Assembly: GCA_963771885.1 (NCBI GenBank)
Contig: CAVYVF010000023.1
Coordinates: 928,001-992,000, forward strand
DNA length: 64,000 nt
DNA from: Candidatus Bathyarchaeota archaeon
GTDB taxonomy: Archaea; Thermoproteota; Bathyarchaeia; TCS64
Reading direction: 5' to 3'
Part shown: piece by piece, positions 1 to 9,961 of the stretch
How positions within the stretch are numbered: position 1 is the stretch's first letter
How the letters are laid out: each line of letters starts with the position of its first letter
Program-made: the position numbers and the translations under genes
Notes under the pieces: generated by a model
Told to the model about the DNA's origin: nothing
The model's input: the letters and a program-made list of their open reading frames with translations, nothing else
The model's database searches: none

Positions 1-60
1 CCAGCAACCCCCGCAGAGCCGCAACTAGAATCGCAGCCTCCGGAAACAGCCACTGCCTAG
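1..60 (+). CDS. 3' end of an upstream gene (Pro/Ala/Glu-rich low-complexity tail), truncated by window edge
   Basis: Frame 1 reads PATPAEPQLESQPPETATA then TAG at 58-60. Confidence 0.4.
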   Translation, partial: PATPAEPQLESQPPETATA

Positions 61-136
61 CCAGCCTCAGAAGCTGAAGCGCCGGAAAACGCGCAAGGGC
101 TATAACGGTGACCCCTTCCATCTAACACGATCCAAT

Positions 137-1168
137 TTGGAGAACGTCAAGGTCGTCTCATACGGCATCGGCGTCATCGGACAGAAGCTTGTGACACACC
201 TCCTGGAGAAGGAGGGCGTCGAGATAGTCGGCGCCATCGACATCAACCCCAAGATAATTGGCAAGGACCTCGGCGAGGTCATGGGCACGAAAAAGCTCGG
301 CGTCAAGATCAGCAACGACGTCGACACGATCCTCAAGGAGACACAACCCGACATTGTCTGCCACACGACCATGAGCTACCTCAAAAACACCTACGACCAG
401 TTCGAAGGAATCCTCAAGAATGGCGTCAACGTCGTCTCGACCTGCGAGGAACTTAGCTACCCCTACGCGACGCCGGAGGGCAAGAAATACGCTGAAAAGC
501 TCGACAAGGTGGCGAAGAAGGGCAAGGCGACCATCCTCGGGACTGGAGTCAACCCCGGATTCGTCATGGACACGCTCCCCATCTTCCTCACGGGCGTCTG
601 CCAGAAGGTCGAAGACATCTACGTCGCCCGCCAGATGGACGCCGCGACACGCCGCATACCCTTCCAGACCAAGATCGGCGCAGGTCTTACCGTCGACGAG
701 TTCAACAAGAAGATCGCCAGCCACGAGATCACCGGACACGTTGGCCTCGAGCAGAGCATACAGATGATCGCAGACGCCCTCGGTTGGGACCTTGACAAGA
801 TCGAGGTCGAGAAGCCGCAGCCAGTCGTCCTCAAGAAGGACGTGGCGAGCGACGCGATCAAGGTGCCGAAGGGCAGTAACGCAGGCTCGGTCCAGTACGC
901 TTACGGCATCGTGAAAGGCAAGAAGCTGATCACGATGGACTTCAAGGCGTACATCGGAGCACCTGAGGAGTTCGACAGCGTCACCATCAAGGGCGTGCCG
1001 CCGATCAACGAGAAGATCAGCCCATGCACCCATGGCGACTACGCAACCATCGCCATAACGGCAAATATGATCCCGCACGTAATCAACTCGCCGCCCGGCT
1101 TCAAGACGATGATCGACCTGCCGGTGCCCCACGCTACGCCGAAGCACATGCGAAAGTACATTAAGTAA
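137..1168 (+). CDS. NAD(P)-dependent amine dehydrogenase, 2,4-diaminopentanoate dehydrogenase (Ord)/DapB-like family
   Basis: N-terminal Rossmann GxGxxG (YGIGVIG); NVVSTCEELSYP and LGTGVNPGFVMD motifs typical of the family. Confidence 0.8.
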   Translation: MENVKVVSYGIGVIGQKLVTHLLEKEGVEIVGAIDINPKIIGKDLGEVMGTKKLGVKISNDVDTILKETQPDIVCHTTMSYLKNTYDQFEGILKNGVNVVSTCEELSYPYATPEGKKYAEKLDKVAKKGKATILGTGVNPGFVMDTLPIFLTGVCQKVEDIYVARQMDAATRRIPFQTKIGAGLTVDEFNKKIASHEITGHVGLEQSIQMIADALGWDLDKIEVEKPQPVVLKKDVASDAIKVPKGSNAGSVQYAYGIVKGKKLITMDFKAYIGAPEEFDSVTIKGVPPINEKISPCTHGDYATIAITANMIPHVINSPPGFKTMIDLPVPHATPKHMRKYIK

Positions 1169-1319
1169 ACCGCAATCCACCCCTTTTTTAACAGATTTTC
1201 TAGCCCAAACACGTTTTAAACGTTCAAGAAAACATATGTTTAAAAGCCCCGCGCGCAAACGTAGTGGGGTATATCGGAAACCTAACGGTTGCCCGTGTAC
1301 AAAAGGAGAATAGAAAAAA

Positions 1320-1481
1320 ATGGGTTATAGAGACAGAAGCAGCAGTGGTCCCCGCGAGATGCACAAAGTAACGTGCTCTGACTGCGGTAAGGAGACAGAG
1401 GTCCCCTTCAAGCCGACAGAGGGTCGCCCGGTCTACTGCCAAGAATGCTTCGCTAAGCACAGGCCACCGAGAAGGTTCTAA
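1320..1481 (+). CDS. Small CxxC-x17-CxxC zinc-ribbon protein (53 aa, not in ORF track)
   Basis: Manual translation MGYRDRSSSGPREMHKVTCSDCGKETEVPFKPTEGRPVYCQECFAKHRPPRRF; AAGGAG upstream; hallmark VPFKP..GRPVYC. Confidence 0.92.
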   Translation: MGYRDRSSSGPREMHKVTCSDCGKETEVPFKPTEGRPVYCQECFAKHRPPRRF

Positions 1482-1500
1482 GCCGTATCAAGTGACCGAT

Positions 1501-1540
1501 AAGCGGAGAGATCCGCTTCGATAATTTTTTTAATTTTTCT
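1501..1540 (+). terminator. Hairpin plus oligo-T terminator after the CxxC-x17-CxxC gene
   Basis: aagcgga-gaga-tccgctt 7-bp stem followed by T7/T5 tracts. Confidence 0.6.
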
Positions 1541-1820
1541 CATTCAACAACCGAAAGCGAGAAACACGTTTTCACGCCTCTCGGTGATTTTATGTTTTCG
1601 GAGACGAGACCATTGAACGCCAATTATCTGTGCGGTCAACGCTCCAAGTGAAATCTACCTGCTCATGGCAGTAACTATCCAGGCACATTGTGAACCCGAC
1701 CGCATAAACATCGGACACTCAGAACTGGGTACAGTTTGAGAGACTGGAGGCTGAGTTAGCTAAACATCCCCGGGCGTAGGTGAATATTGGCAACCGCGCG
1801 CAGGGTGAAAAAGAAGGAGA

Positions 1821-3440
1821 TCAGCGTTTTCTCAGCGTCTTCCCGGCTAGTACTCTCCTGTACTTCCCGTTGTCGACTGTGATCTTGCCGTTTACAACGA
1901 CATAGGGGATGCCTTCGGGGTATTGGTGGGGGTTCTCGAAGGTCGCCTTGTCTATGACTTTGTCGGGGTCTATGACGGCGACGTCGGCGTACATGCCGGG
2001 GCGGAGGATGCCGCGATCTAGGATGCCGAAGCGTTGAGCGGGGAAGCTCGTCATCTTCCTTATCGCCTCCTCGAAGCGCATGACGCCCTCCTCGCGAACG
2101 TACTTACCGAGTATGCGCGGGTATGTGCCGAAGAAGCGGGGATGAGGCTTGCCGAGACCGAAGGGGCCAGCGTTGCAGACACTACTCGCATCGGTGCCCA
2201 CCATCTGGTAGGGGTTCGCCATGATGCGCTTTATATCGCCCTCGTCCATGCTGAAGATTATCATGCCGGGTGTTCCCTCCTCGGCGAGGATGAGCTTCCA
2301 TAGAGCGTCGAAGACGTCCTTCTCCTTCATCTCCCTCGCGATGAAGTCCATAGTCTTCCCCTCGAAGCGTTTGTTCTTATCCCCCTTGATGCTGGAGACC
2401 ATAACGTTCTCCCAGCCGAGCTCGCCGGCGAAGTTTTCCCAGCCTGGGATGCCGTTCTTGAGGTCGGCGCGCATCTTCTCACGCTGCTTGGGGTCGGCTA
2501 GACGCTCGAGAAGCTTGTCCATGCCACCGTCGTGCGCCCATGGAGGCAACAGCGTAACGAGGCTCGTCGCGCCGGCGCAGTATGGGTACTGGTCGACGGT
2601 GACATCGATGCCCTTGGCGCGAGCATTCTCGATGAGCCTAAGAGTGGTTCTGCTCTTACCCCAAACCGCCTTATTCGCAGCCTTGTGGTGGCTTATCTGG
2701 ACGGGGATACCCGCCTTCTCGCCGATAGTGATTGCCTCCCTGACGGACTTTATGAGAGCGCGTCCCTCGCCTCGGATGTGGGTGTCGTAGATTCCACCGA
2801 ACTCGGCTGCAACCTTGGAAACCTCGATGAGCTCGCGGGTCTTGGCGAAGATGCCCGGCGGGTAGATGAGACCGCTGCTGATCCCGTAGGCGCCTGCTTT
2901 CATCGCCTCCGCTGTGAGCTCCCTCATGAGCCTTAGCTCCTTCGCGGTTGGGGCGCGAGCATCGGGGCCCATGCCTGCCTCGCGGATGGTACCGTGGCCG
3001 ACCATGTGAGCGACGTTGGCGCCGAGACCCTCCTTCTCCTCCTCGCGGAGGTACTCGTCGAATGTGCTCCAAGTGACCTTCAGGTTGACCCCCTTGGGTA
3101 GCGAGCCGTTTACGTCCTTTTGGAACGCCTCAAGTCTATCAGGGTTGACTGGCGCCGCGGTTGAACCGCACTGCCCGGCCACTACCGTCGAGATGCCTTG
3201 CATGACGGTGCTCTCCATCTCTCTGTAAACGAGAGTGTTGAAGTCGCTGTGGCTGTGTGCGTCAACGAAGCCGGGGACGACGACGTGGTCCTTCGCATCG
3301 ATGACCTTCTCCGCCTTCGCCTCGCCAAGTTTCCCTATCGCTGCTATCCTATCGCCGGTGACGGCGACGTCCCCCCAGTACCAGGGGTTGCCCGCCCCGT
3401 CGACAACCTTCCCATTCTTTATTAAAAGATCGTATGACAA
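1821..3440 (-). CDS. N-acyl-D-amino-acid deacylase (D-aminoacylase, amidohydrolase superfamily)
   Basis: PGFVDAHSHSD metal motif, GQCG, HIRGEG, ISHHK, HPRFFGTYPR. Confidence 0.9.
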   Translation of the reverse strand: MSYDLLIKNGKVVDGAGNPWYWGDVAVTGDRIAAIGKLGEAKAEKVIDAKDHVVVPGFVDAHSHSDFNTLVYREMESTVMQGISTVVAGQCGSTAAPVNPDRLEAFQKDVNGSLPKGVNLKVTWSTFDEYLREEEKEGLGANVAHMVGHGTIREAGMGPDARAPTAKELRLMRELTAEAMKAGAYGISSGLIYPPGIFAKTRELIEVSKVAAEFGGIYDTHIRGEGRALIKSVREAITIGEKAGIPVQISHHKAANKAVWGKSRTTLRLIENARAKGIDVTVDQYPYCAGATSLVTLLPPWAHDGGMDKLLERLADPKQREKMRADLKNGIPGWENFAGELGWENVMVSSIKGDKNKRFEGKTMDFIAREMKEKDVFDALWKLILAEEGTPGMIIFSMDEGDIKRIMANPYQMVGTDASSVCNAGPFGLGKPHPRFFGTYPRILGKYVREEGVMRFEEAIRKMTSFPAQRFGILDRGILRPGMYADVAVIDPDKVIDKATFENPHQYPEGIPYVVVNGKITVDNGKYRRVLAGKTLRKR

Positions 3441-3491
3441 ACCAGTCTCACTGGCTGGAAAAGTGGGCGAATTGGGGATTTAACAGCTTCC

Positions 3492-4301
3492 TTACCCGCG
3501 CTTCTCCCACTTGTAACGCATGTCCTCGCTCTTCTTCGTCGCGGCGACGACTGCGTTCATGAGGGCGGTTCTGAGTTTTCCATCCTCGATCTCATAGATG
3601 CCCTCGATAGTCGTACCGCCGGGCGTGGTCACCATCTCCGCGATCTCGTTCGGCTTCATCGTTCCGTCGAGGACGAGCTTCGCCGCGCCGAGAACCGACT
3701 GGGCGGAACTCCTCAAACTCAGTTCACGTGGGAGCCCGACTTTGAGCCCCGCAAACATTAGAGCGTCGATGACTATGGCGACGAAGGCAGGGCTGCTACC
3801 GCTGAGACCGGTGACGGCGTCCATGTACTTCTCCTCGACCTCCATGCACGTCCCCATTGTGTCAAGGAGGGTCTTCACAGTCGATTTATCTTCGGCTGTT
3901 ACGCCGGGGCCGCATGCGTAGGCGGTGAAGCTCGCCTTGGCGAGGGCGGCGATGTTCGGCATGCTGCGCACATACCTAGCGCCGGGCACGACGTCTTCGT
4001 AGTATTCGATTGGGATGATGGCGGCGGTGCTTATCACAAGCTTGCCCTGCACCTCTTTCTCGATGCCCGTGAGGACGGAGCCGACGTCACCGGGTTTGAC
4101 GCATAGGATGACGAGTTCAGCCTTTCTAGCCGCCGCCTTGTTGTCAGTCGTAACCTCAGCGCCTAGCGCCTTGAGCTCCTTTAGTGCCTCGAGGCTCCGG
4201 CGTGTCGCTATGACCTTGCCGACCTCATCCGACTCCTGCAGGCACTTGACTATAGCTCCACCTATGACGCCCGCACCGATGACCGCAACCGTGCCGACCA
4301 A
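3492..4301 (-). CDS. proC: Pyrroline-5-carboxylate reductase
   Basis: IGAGVIG, LCVKP, RSMPN, VTGLSGSSPAF, VTTPGGTTIEG. Confidence 0.93.
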   Translation of the reverse strand: MVGTVAVIGAGVIGGAIVKCLQESDEVGKVIATRRSLEALKELKALGAEVTTDNKAAARKAELVILCVKPGDVGSVLTGIEKEVQGKLVISTAAIIPIEYYEDVVPGARYVRSMPNIAALAKASFTAYACGPGVTAEDKSTVKTLLDTMGTCMEVEEKYMDAVTGLSGSSPAFVAIVIDALMFAGLKVGLPRELSLRSSAQSVLGAAKLVLDGTMKPNEIAEMVTTPGGTTIEGIYEIEDGKLRTALMNAVVAATKKSEDMRYKWEKRG

Positions 4302-4401
4302 TTCGCTTCACACGGCGGGGGGACGATCTGACTAAAAAGTATATTGAAGAAAAACGCCGTTTGAATGATCGAACGTATGTTTGTAAAGATAGCTGGGGTG
4401 C

Positions 4402-5160
4402 TTACTTCTGCTTAATCCCCAGTTCCTTGAACTGGTTCTGGACGCCCATCTTCATGTAGACGAGGTCGTTGCCGCATGTAACCATGTTGTAGCCCTTTGC
4501 TATACGCTCCTTGAGAGGCTTGCCGCAGCCCTCGTGTATGCCCGCTGCGATGCCGTGTGCCCTGCATGCGTCGAAGACCTTGTCGATGGCATCCTGCTCG
4601 TCCTTCTTGGTGAAGTCACCTATGTGACCTAGGCTCGCGGAGAGGTCCGCTGGGCCGATGTAGGCGCAGTCGACGCCCTCGACAGAGCATATAGCGTCGA
4701 TATTCTTCACCGCTTCCTTCGTCTCGATCTGGACGGCGACGTAGATCTCATCATCGGCGGTCTTGAGGTAGTCTGGGTCGAACATCGCAGCGCGACGAGG
4801 CCCGCATCCGCGCAGTCCCTTAGGGCCGTAGCGCGTGTAGCTGACCGCCGCCTTCGCCTGCTCAGGGGTGTTGATCCATGGGATGAGCAATCCCTCGGCG
4901 CCTATGTCTAAGGCGCGCTTTATCGCCACCATGTCGTTCCACCACGGGCGGACGATGGGGCTCGTCTTCGAGTCCTTACGGAAGGCCTGCATGAGGGTCT
5001 GGATGTGGAGCATGTCGAGCGGGCTGTGCTCGTTATCGAGCACGAAGTAGTCGAATCCCATGCTGCTCATCATCTCAGCGCACATGGGGCTCTCGACCGT
5101 GATCCAAGTGCCGAAGCCCTGCTTTCCAGCCTTCATCATCCTCTTGAACTCGTTCTTCAT
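4402..5160 (-). CDS. HpcH/HpaI (GarL/RhmA-like) class II pyruvate aldolase
   Basis: LDNEHSP, KRALDIGA, GLRG, VQIET, IGPADLS; start placed at MKNEFKR. Confidence 0.88.
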   Translation of the reverse strand: MKNEFKRMMKAGKQGFGTWITVESPMCAEMMSSMGFDYFVLDNEHSPLDMLHIQTLMQAFRKDSKTSPIVRPWWNDMVAIKRALDIGAEGLLIPWINTPEQAKAAVSYTRYGPKGLRGCGPRRAAMFDPDYLKTADDEIYVAVQIETKEAVKNIDAICSVEGVDCAYIGPADLSASLGHIGDFTKKDEQDAIDKVFDACRAHGIAAGIHEGCGKPLKERIAKGYNMVTCGNDLVYMKMGVQNQFKELGIKQK

Positions 5161-5219
5161 AATAGTCACCGGTTCAAGTAGGGTAATCCAGAATGTATTT
5201 AGGGTTTGGGAGGTGGGGC

Positions 5220-6434
5220 TCACTTCTTCGCTTTGTCGAAGGCTCCACTGATCTCGGCGCGGAGCTTCGCGTCGGAGAGTATGTCGACGCCTGCGAAGGC
5301 GAGGACCTTGGCGCCTATCTCGATACCCTTATGCCCCTCCTCGGTCATCGTTGCAGCGCATAGCTCCCTGCTGTGCCCTGTTATCTCCGCCTTAGTGAAG
5401 CCCACCATCGCGTGCATGCCTGGGGCGAAGTGGCTTAGATCCGTAAAGTCCGTGCTACCGCCCGGCGGCTGAGCCGCCGAATAGTCGGGGTCCTCCACCT
5501 CGATACCGAGCTCCTTGAACTCCTTGACGAAGAGCTTCTCGAGCGGTGGGTTCCTGACGTTGGACTTTAGTCCTGGGCTGACGGTGATCTTGACCTCGCA
5601 CCCCGTGGCGATTGCCGCGCCCTTCGCCGAGTTCTCCACCATCTCGACGAGGGTAGGGATGTAGGAGTCATCGCTGCTTCGAACGCCGAACTGCATGACG
5701 GCACGGTCTGGTATAATATTGCTGGCTAGGCCACCCTCGGTTATGATACCATGGACGACGGGGTTCGCCCCACGCTTGAACTGCTGCCTGTTGGCGTGTA
5801 TCGCCATAAAGCAGAGGACGGCGGCGTTAAGCGCGTTAAGCCCGTTATAAGGGTCGGCTGCGGCATGCGCTGTCTTCCCGGTGAAGACGAGGTTGATGCC
5901 CGTGATGGCGAGGAAGCCTGTGGCGACAGTCATCTTGCTGTTACCCATCGGGTGGATCATCATCACCGCGTCGACGCCCTTGAAGAAGCCGGCCTCTGCC
6001 ATCTTCTTCTTGGCGCTGTTGCTCGGGCCGTGACCCTCCTCGGCGGGTGTACCGACGACCCAGAGCTCACCGGGCAACTCCTTCATTAGCTTGGAGACGG
6101 CTATCCCCGCGCCTAGTCCGGATGTTCCTATCATGTTGTGCCCGCAGCCGTGTCCAATGCCTGGGAGTGCGTCATACTCGCAGAGGAAGGCGATTGTAGG
6201 CCCCTTCTCCTTGCCCTTCATCACAGCCTTGAAGGCGGTCGGCATACCCTGAACACCCATCTCGACCTTGAAGCCATGCTTCTTCAGCTCAGCCGCGAGC
6301 AGCTTCGAGGACTCTACCTCTTCACTGCCAAGCTCGGGGTGCTTCCCTATCCAGTCGCTCATCTCGACGAGGCGCGGCAGAACCGCGTCGACCTCGCCCT
6401 TAACCTTCGTCTTTAGAACCTTGACGTCGATCAT
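5220..6434 (-). CDS. M20D family amidohydrolase (AbgB/PM20D2-like)
   Basis: HPELG, EYDALPGIGHGCGHN, GTPAEEG, GGSTD. Confidence 0.9.
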   Translation of the reverse strand: MIDVKVLKTKVKGEVDAVLPRLVEMSDWIGKHPELGSEEVESSKLLAAELKKHGFKVEMGVQGMPTAFKAVMKGKEKGPTIAFLCEYDALPGIGHGCGHNMIGTSGLGAGIAVSKLMKELPGELWVVGTPAEEGHGPSNSAKKKMAEAGFFKGVDAVMMIHPMGNSKMTVATGFLAITGINLVFTGKTAHAAADPYNGLNALNAAVLCFMAIHANRQQFKRGANPVVHGIITEGGLASNIIPDRAVMQFGVRSSDDSYIPTLVEMVENSAKGAAIATGCEVKITVSPGLKSNVRNPPLEKLFVKEFKELGIEVEDPDYSAAQPPGGSTDFTDLSHFAPGMHAMVGFTKAEITGHSRELCAATMTEEGHKGIEIGAKVLAFAGVDILSDAKLRAEISGAFDKAKK

Positions 6435-6478
6435 CTCGATCTATGCAACGTTGTGTGTTGAAGTTATGAAATGTTGGG

Positions 6479-6850
6479 TCACAATCGTCTCGAAGAGCGC
6501 CAGAGGGGGATCCCAGCGAATGCAAGTATTGCTAGATTGAGGGCGACATTGAACCACGCCCCGTAATAGACGGAAACCGCTAGATCGACAGGTGCCCATA
6601 CCAAGATTCCGTAAAAAAGAAGCCGCAGCAGCTCGGGCTTTCCCTCAGCAAAGGAGTATCGAGCGACGAGCAGTATAGTCACACCCCAACCTATCATAGT
6701 CGCCCCCAGAACTCCCTGTACTAATCTGGGTATAAGACTTGAATCAACTGGGTAGACACCCGGATCGATGAAGATAATGCTAAGCCCCGCGAGTGTGACG
6801 ATGCCAGACATCGCCAATACCCACATACGAAGGAGAGAACCTGATGACAT
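6479..6850 (-). CDS. Hypothetical small membrane protein (about 4 TM)
   Basis: 123-aa ORF with four hydrophobic segments filling the gap. Confidence 0.65.
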   Translation of the reverse strand: MSSGSLLRMWVLAMSGIVTLAGLSIIFIDPGVYPVDSSLIPRLVQGVLGATMIGWGVTILLVARYSFAEGKPELLRLLFYGILVWAPVDLAVSVYYGAWFNVALNLAILAFAGIPLWRSSRRL

Positions 6851-6972
6851 TGATGAAAAGATGATCGATTATGACTTAAAAGGAGATTCTTAGGGTCACG
6901 ACCACTTAGTATTAGAACGATCTAAGGAAAGAGGCGCTAATTAAGAGGCATCATCCCGAATCGCCTTAAATT

Positions 6973-8031
6973 GTGGAAAGGAATGATCGAATCATGACTC
7001 TCGACGCCCACCAGTTCGGATCGACGACAATCGCCAAGACCAAGACTGCCGGGGACTTCAAGAACATTCTCAGAGACCCGATTCTCCAATTGGATCCGAT
7101 CATCATAAAGCCCAACTGGGTCACGGATGACGAGGGCACATTCACGACCGCCGAGACTATGAGGAGGGTGTTCGAGGCGATCCCCGGGAAGATAGTCGTC
7201 ATCGAGAGTTACCAACTCGGAAGATCATGGAACCAGAAGCCATGCGGCGAGAGATTCAGAGCCGAAGACGGTGAGCATGACTGGTACTGGTTCAGGGGGA
7301 AGGGTTGGAACTGGCTCCACACCCACCCGGACTGGGATTGGTTCTGCGGAGGCTCCCATTGGGGGAGGATCAGGAGCGAAGATAGGCTGTTCCTCGACAG
7401 ACACGGGTTCAGCGACCTACTTGCTGAGTTCGGCGCCGAGTACATCAATATCACGGAGGAAGTCTGGAGCGGCAGAGCCGTGGACCCTAAAGTCGTGCGC
7501 GGAGCAGTCGAGTCAAGGTATCCACCATGTTTTACAGATAAACTCTACGGTATCGTCCCAGAGCGCCTTATGAGGCTTAGAGGCGCCACGCTGGTCAGTC
7601 TCACAAGGCTGAAGGAGTATAACAGCTTCACGCTCAAGAACCTCTTCGGGCTGATACCCGATCCCATCAGGGCGTGGTGGCATGGTCCCAAGGATAGTAG
7701 GCTCTCACAAAGCATCGTTGACGCCGCGAAGGTCTACGGGAGTCTCTTCAATCTCCACGGAATGTGGGAGTATGGTAAGGAGACACGCCTGAGAAAACCA
7801 GATGGGAGGCTGGGCGACCCCGGATTCAAGTATGATATCGTCAACGGTCCGGGCATCCTCGCCCACGGGAGTAACCTCGTGGAGATGGACGCCCTACTGC
7901 ACCGCCTGTCTGGATATGATGAAGATGGCTCGGATCATATCAAGCTAGCCCGCGGCGTCCTCGGCGAATACGACGACGGGCTCTTAAAAGATGCGGAGAA
8001 TACTGTCGGAAACTGGTTTAGAATGGTTTAA
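6973..8031 (+). CDS. DUF362-like protein
   Basis: IIIKPNWV, FTT, VIES, and TLKNLFGLIP motifs resemble DUF362. Confidence 0.6.
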   Translation: MERNDRIMTLDAHQFGSTTIAKTKTAGDFKNILRDPILQLDPIIIKPNWVTDDEGTFTTAETMRRVFEAIPGKIVVIESYQLGRSWNQKPCGERFRAEDGEHDWYWFRGKGWNWLHTHPDWDWFCGGSHWGRIRSEDRLFLDRHGFSDLLAEFGAEYINITEEVWSGRAVDPKVVRGAVESRYPPCFTDKLYGIVPERLMRLRGATLVSLTRLKEYNSFTLKNLFGLIPDPIRAWWHGPKDSRLSQSIVDAAKVYGSLFNLHGMWEYGKETRLRKPDGRLGDPGFKYDIVNGPGILAHGSNLVEMDALLHRLSGYDEDGSDHIKLARGVLGEYDDGLLKDAENTVGNWFRMV

Positions 8032-8954
8032 CCCCTGAACCAAGTCTTCTCGATGTCCAGCTTCAAGAACTCGGGAGCAGCCTTCTCGAGCTGTTCGGGG
8101 GTCACCGAAGTGCACGGGGCGCGAACGTCTAGCTCCATGTCTACGCCCCTTAGCCTCCAGATCGCCTTGTACCTGCCCCAGAAGCTCGCCGTACCGAAGT
8201 TCGCGTCGATGATGTTGAACATCTTAACGACCAGCTCGTGGTAGTGAAGCGCCTTCTTCATGTCCTTCGCCTCCCACGCGTTTTTAAGCCCCAGCATTAT
8301 ATGGGGGAATGCCTGGAACTCAGCGATGAGGGCACCCGCGGCGCCTTGAGTGAGGAAGGCTAGGTAGGCGGAGGGGCTGCCAGTGTATATGCCGATCTTG
8401 TCCCGTGTGCGGCAGATGATGTCGTTGTAGCGGAGGCTGAAGAAGTCGTCCTCCTTGTAGCCGACGACGTTGTCGAAGTTCTCCGCGAGGCGTGCCACTA
8501 CGCTAGGGCTTATTGATGCGCCGAACTGGGGATTGTTGTAGAGAATAATGGGCTCGTCCACCTTTGTCGCGATGTGCTCGAAGTGGGCGTAGGTCTCGTG
8601 GTCGTTATGGCGGAGCATCATCGGGTGGCTGAGGAGGACGCCCTCGCAGCCCACGTCCTTAGCGTACTGCGTGAACATCCTGGCCTCCATCGTCGACAGC
8701 GCGCCGGTGCCCGCGATGACGGGGACGCGACCGTTCGCCTGGTCGACGGTGATGTCGATGACCCTCTTCCTCTCCTCGTGAAGCAGGTAGAGGAACTCGC
8801 CCGTCGCACCCACGGGGACGAGCGCGTCGGCGCCGTCCTCGATGATTATGTCGATGATACGACGGTACGCCTCCTCATCGATCCCCTCGCCACCCTTCAC
8901 GAACGGGGTGACAGGCAGACACAGTATGCCATTGAACTTGCCCTTGAACACCAT
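8028..8954 (-). CDS. Dihydrodipicolinate synthase/N-acetylneuraminate lyase family aldolase
   Basis: VTPF, GATGEF, GRVPVIAGTG, LYNNP, catalytic Lys in VGYKE. Confidence 0.88.
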   Translation of the reverse strand: MVFKGKFNGILCLPVTPFVKGGEGIDEEAYRRIIDIIIEDGADALVPVGATGEFLYLLHEERKRVIDITVDQANGRVPVIAGTGALSTMEARMFTQYAKDVGCEGVLLSHPMMLRHNDHETYAHFEHIATKVDEPIILYNNPQFGASISPSVVARLAENFDNVVGYKEDDFFSLRYNDIICRTRDKIGIYTGSPSAYLAFLTQGAAGALIAEFQAFPHIMLGLKNAWEAKDMKKALHYHELVVKMFNIIDANFGTASFWGRYKAIWRLRGVDMELDVRAPCTSVTPEQLEKAAPEFLKLDIEKTWFRG

Positions 8955-9020
8955 GAACGATCGAGAAAGGAAGAACCAACGGGGTTTATTTCAGTTGCCT
9001 TCCGGAGATAAGGCGAATAC

Positions 9021-9914
9021 TTACCTACTCGTCGGCTGGTAGGCGCAGACGAGTATCCCGACGAGGGTCACGGCACCGCCGAGTAGAGCGATTGGACTCG
9101 GAGACTCGTTAAGGACGATGAACGCCAGCAATGAGGCTCCGACGGGCTCGCCGAGGAGACTGATGCTAACAACGGGTGCCGATATCCACCTCAACGCCCA
9201 GTTGTACAGGGTATGCCCGAATATCATCGGTACAAGCGCGATGGCGGAGAACATGAGGAATACACCGGGGTCATAGCCGAGGAGCGGGGCACCCACCGCT
9301 AAGCTACCTGCGGCGAGGACCGCGGCGGAGACGGCGTAGACCGGAGTGACGTAGGTCGTCAAGTCGAGTCTCTGCCTCAGTTTCCTCCCCGCAAGGATGT
9401 AGATCCCTAAGGCGATCGCGCCTATCAGCGAAAGGGCGTCGCCGATGAGGTTCTCGGTGCTGGTGCCGAGGTCGCCAAAGGCGATTATCGAAGCGCCAAC
9501 GAAGGCGACTCCAATTCCTAGTGCCACGCGCCTGCTTACCCTCTCTCCGAGGACGAAGTGGCTGACAAGTGCTACGAAAATTGGATCAACGTGAACGAAG
9601 ATGACTGAGCTCGCGACCGACGTGTAGGCTAGGCTCGTTATCCAAGTTGCGAAGTGGACGGCGAGGACGATGCCGACACCCGCAAGCGTGAGAAGCTCAC
9701 GCCCCCTCATTGCACGGAGCTTTGGTACCCCGCCCCGGCTCAGAAAGAAAGGCAGCAGTATCAACGTCGACAGTAAGAGGCGCCATGTCGCGATCGCCAT
9801 CGGTGGTGCATTAGTGAGCCGGATCAAGATAGAAGCCGTTGAGACGGCGACTATGCTCAAAAGCAGTACCAAATTCGGCGGGACACCGGGCTTCTCACCC
9901 AATATAATCCCCAT
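9021..9914 (-). CDS. DMT/EamA family transporter
   Basis: About 10 TM segments, HFATWITSL, GHTLYNWAL, LGEPVGA. Confidence 0.88.
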   Translation of the reverse strand: MGIILGEKPGVPPNLVLLLSIVAVSTASILIRLTNAPPMAIATWRLLLSTLILLPFFLSRGGVPKLRAMRGRELLTLAGVGIVLAVHFATWITSLAYTSVASSVIFVHVDPIFVALVSHFVLGERVSRRVALGIGVAFVGASIIAFGDLGTSTENLIGDALSLIGAIALGIYILAGRKLRQRLDLTTYVTPVYAVSAAVLAAGSLAVGAPLLGYDPGVFLMFSAIALVPMIFGHTLYNWALRWISAPVVSISLLGEPVGASLLAFIVLNESPSPIALLGGAVTLVGILVCAYQPTSR

Positions 9915-9961
9915 GATATTGCGCCAAGACCTATAAAAGACGGCGACGAATACCCACAACC

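Noticed and set aside
1..105. In-frame TAG (58-60) followed by more Pro/Ala/Glu-rich codons, suggesting pyrrolysine readthrough
   Set aside because: TAG is the evident stop of many genes here (e.g. 10477, 17816, 21155, 35889, 48958) and no pyl genes are visible; the gene is truncated so it cannot be assessed
158..1258. Long antisense and alternate-frame ORFs (also e.g. 22806-23513, 32948-33739, 60463-61233)
   Set aside because: Shadows of real genes caused by high GC3 codon bias
1560..1820. Possible gene remnant in the intergenic region (QNWVQFERLEAELAKHPRA)
   Set aside because: Too short and interrupted to assign
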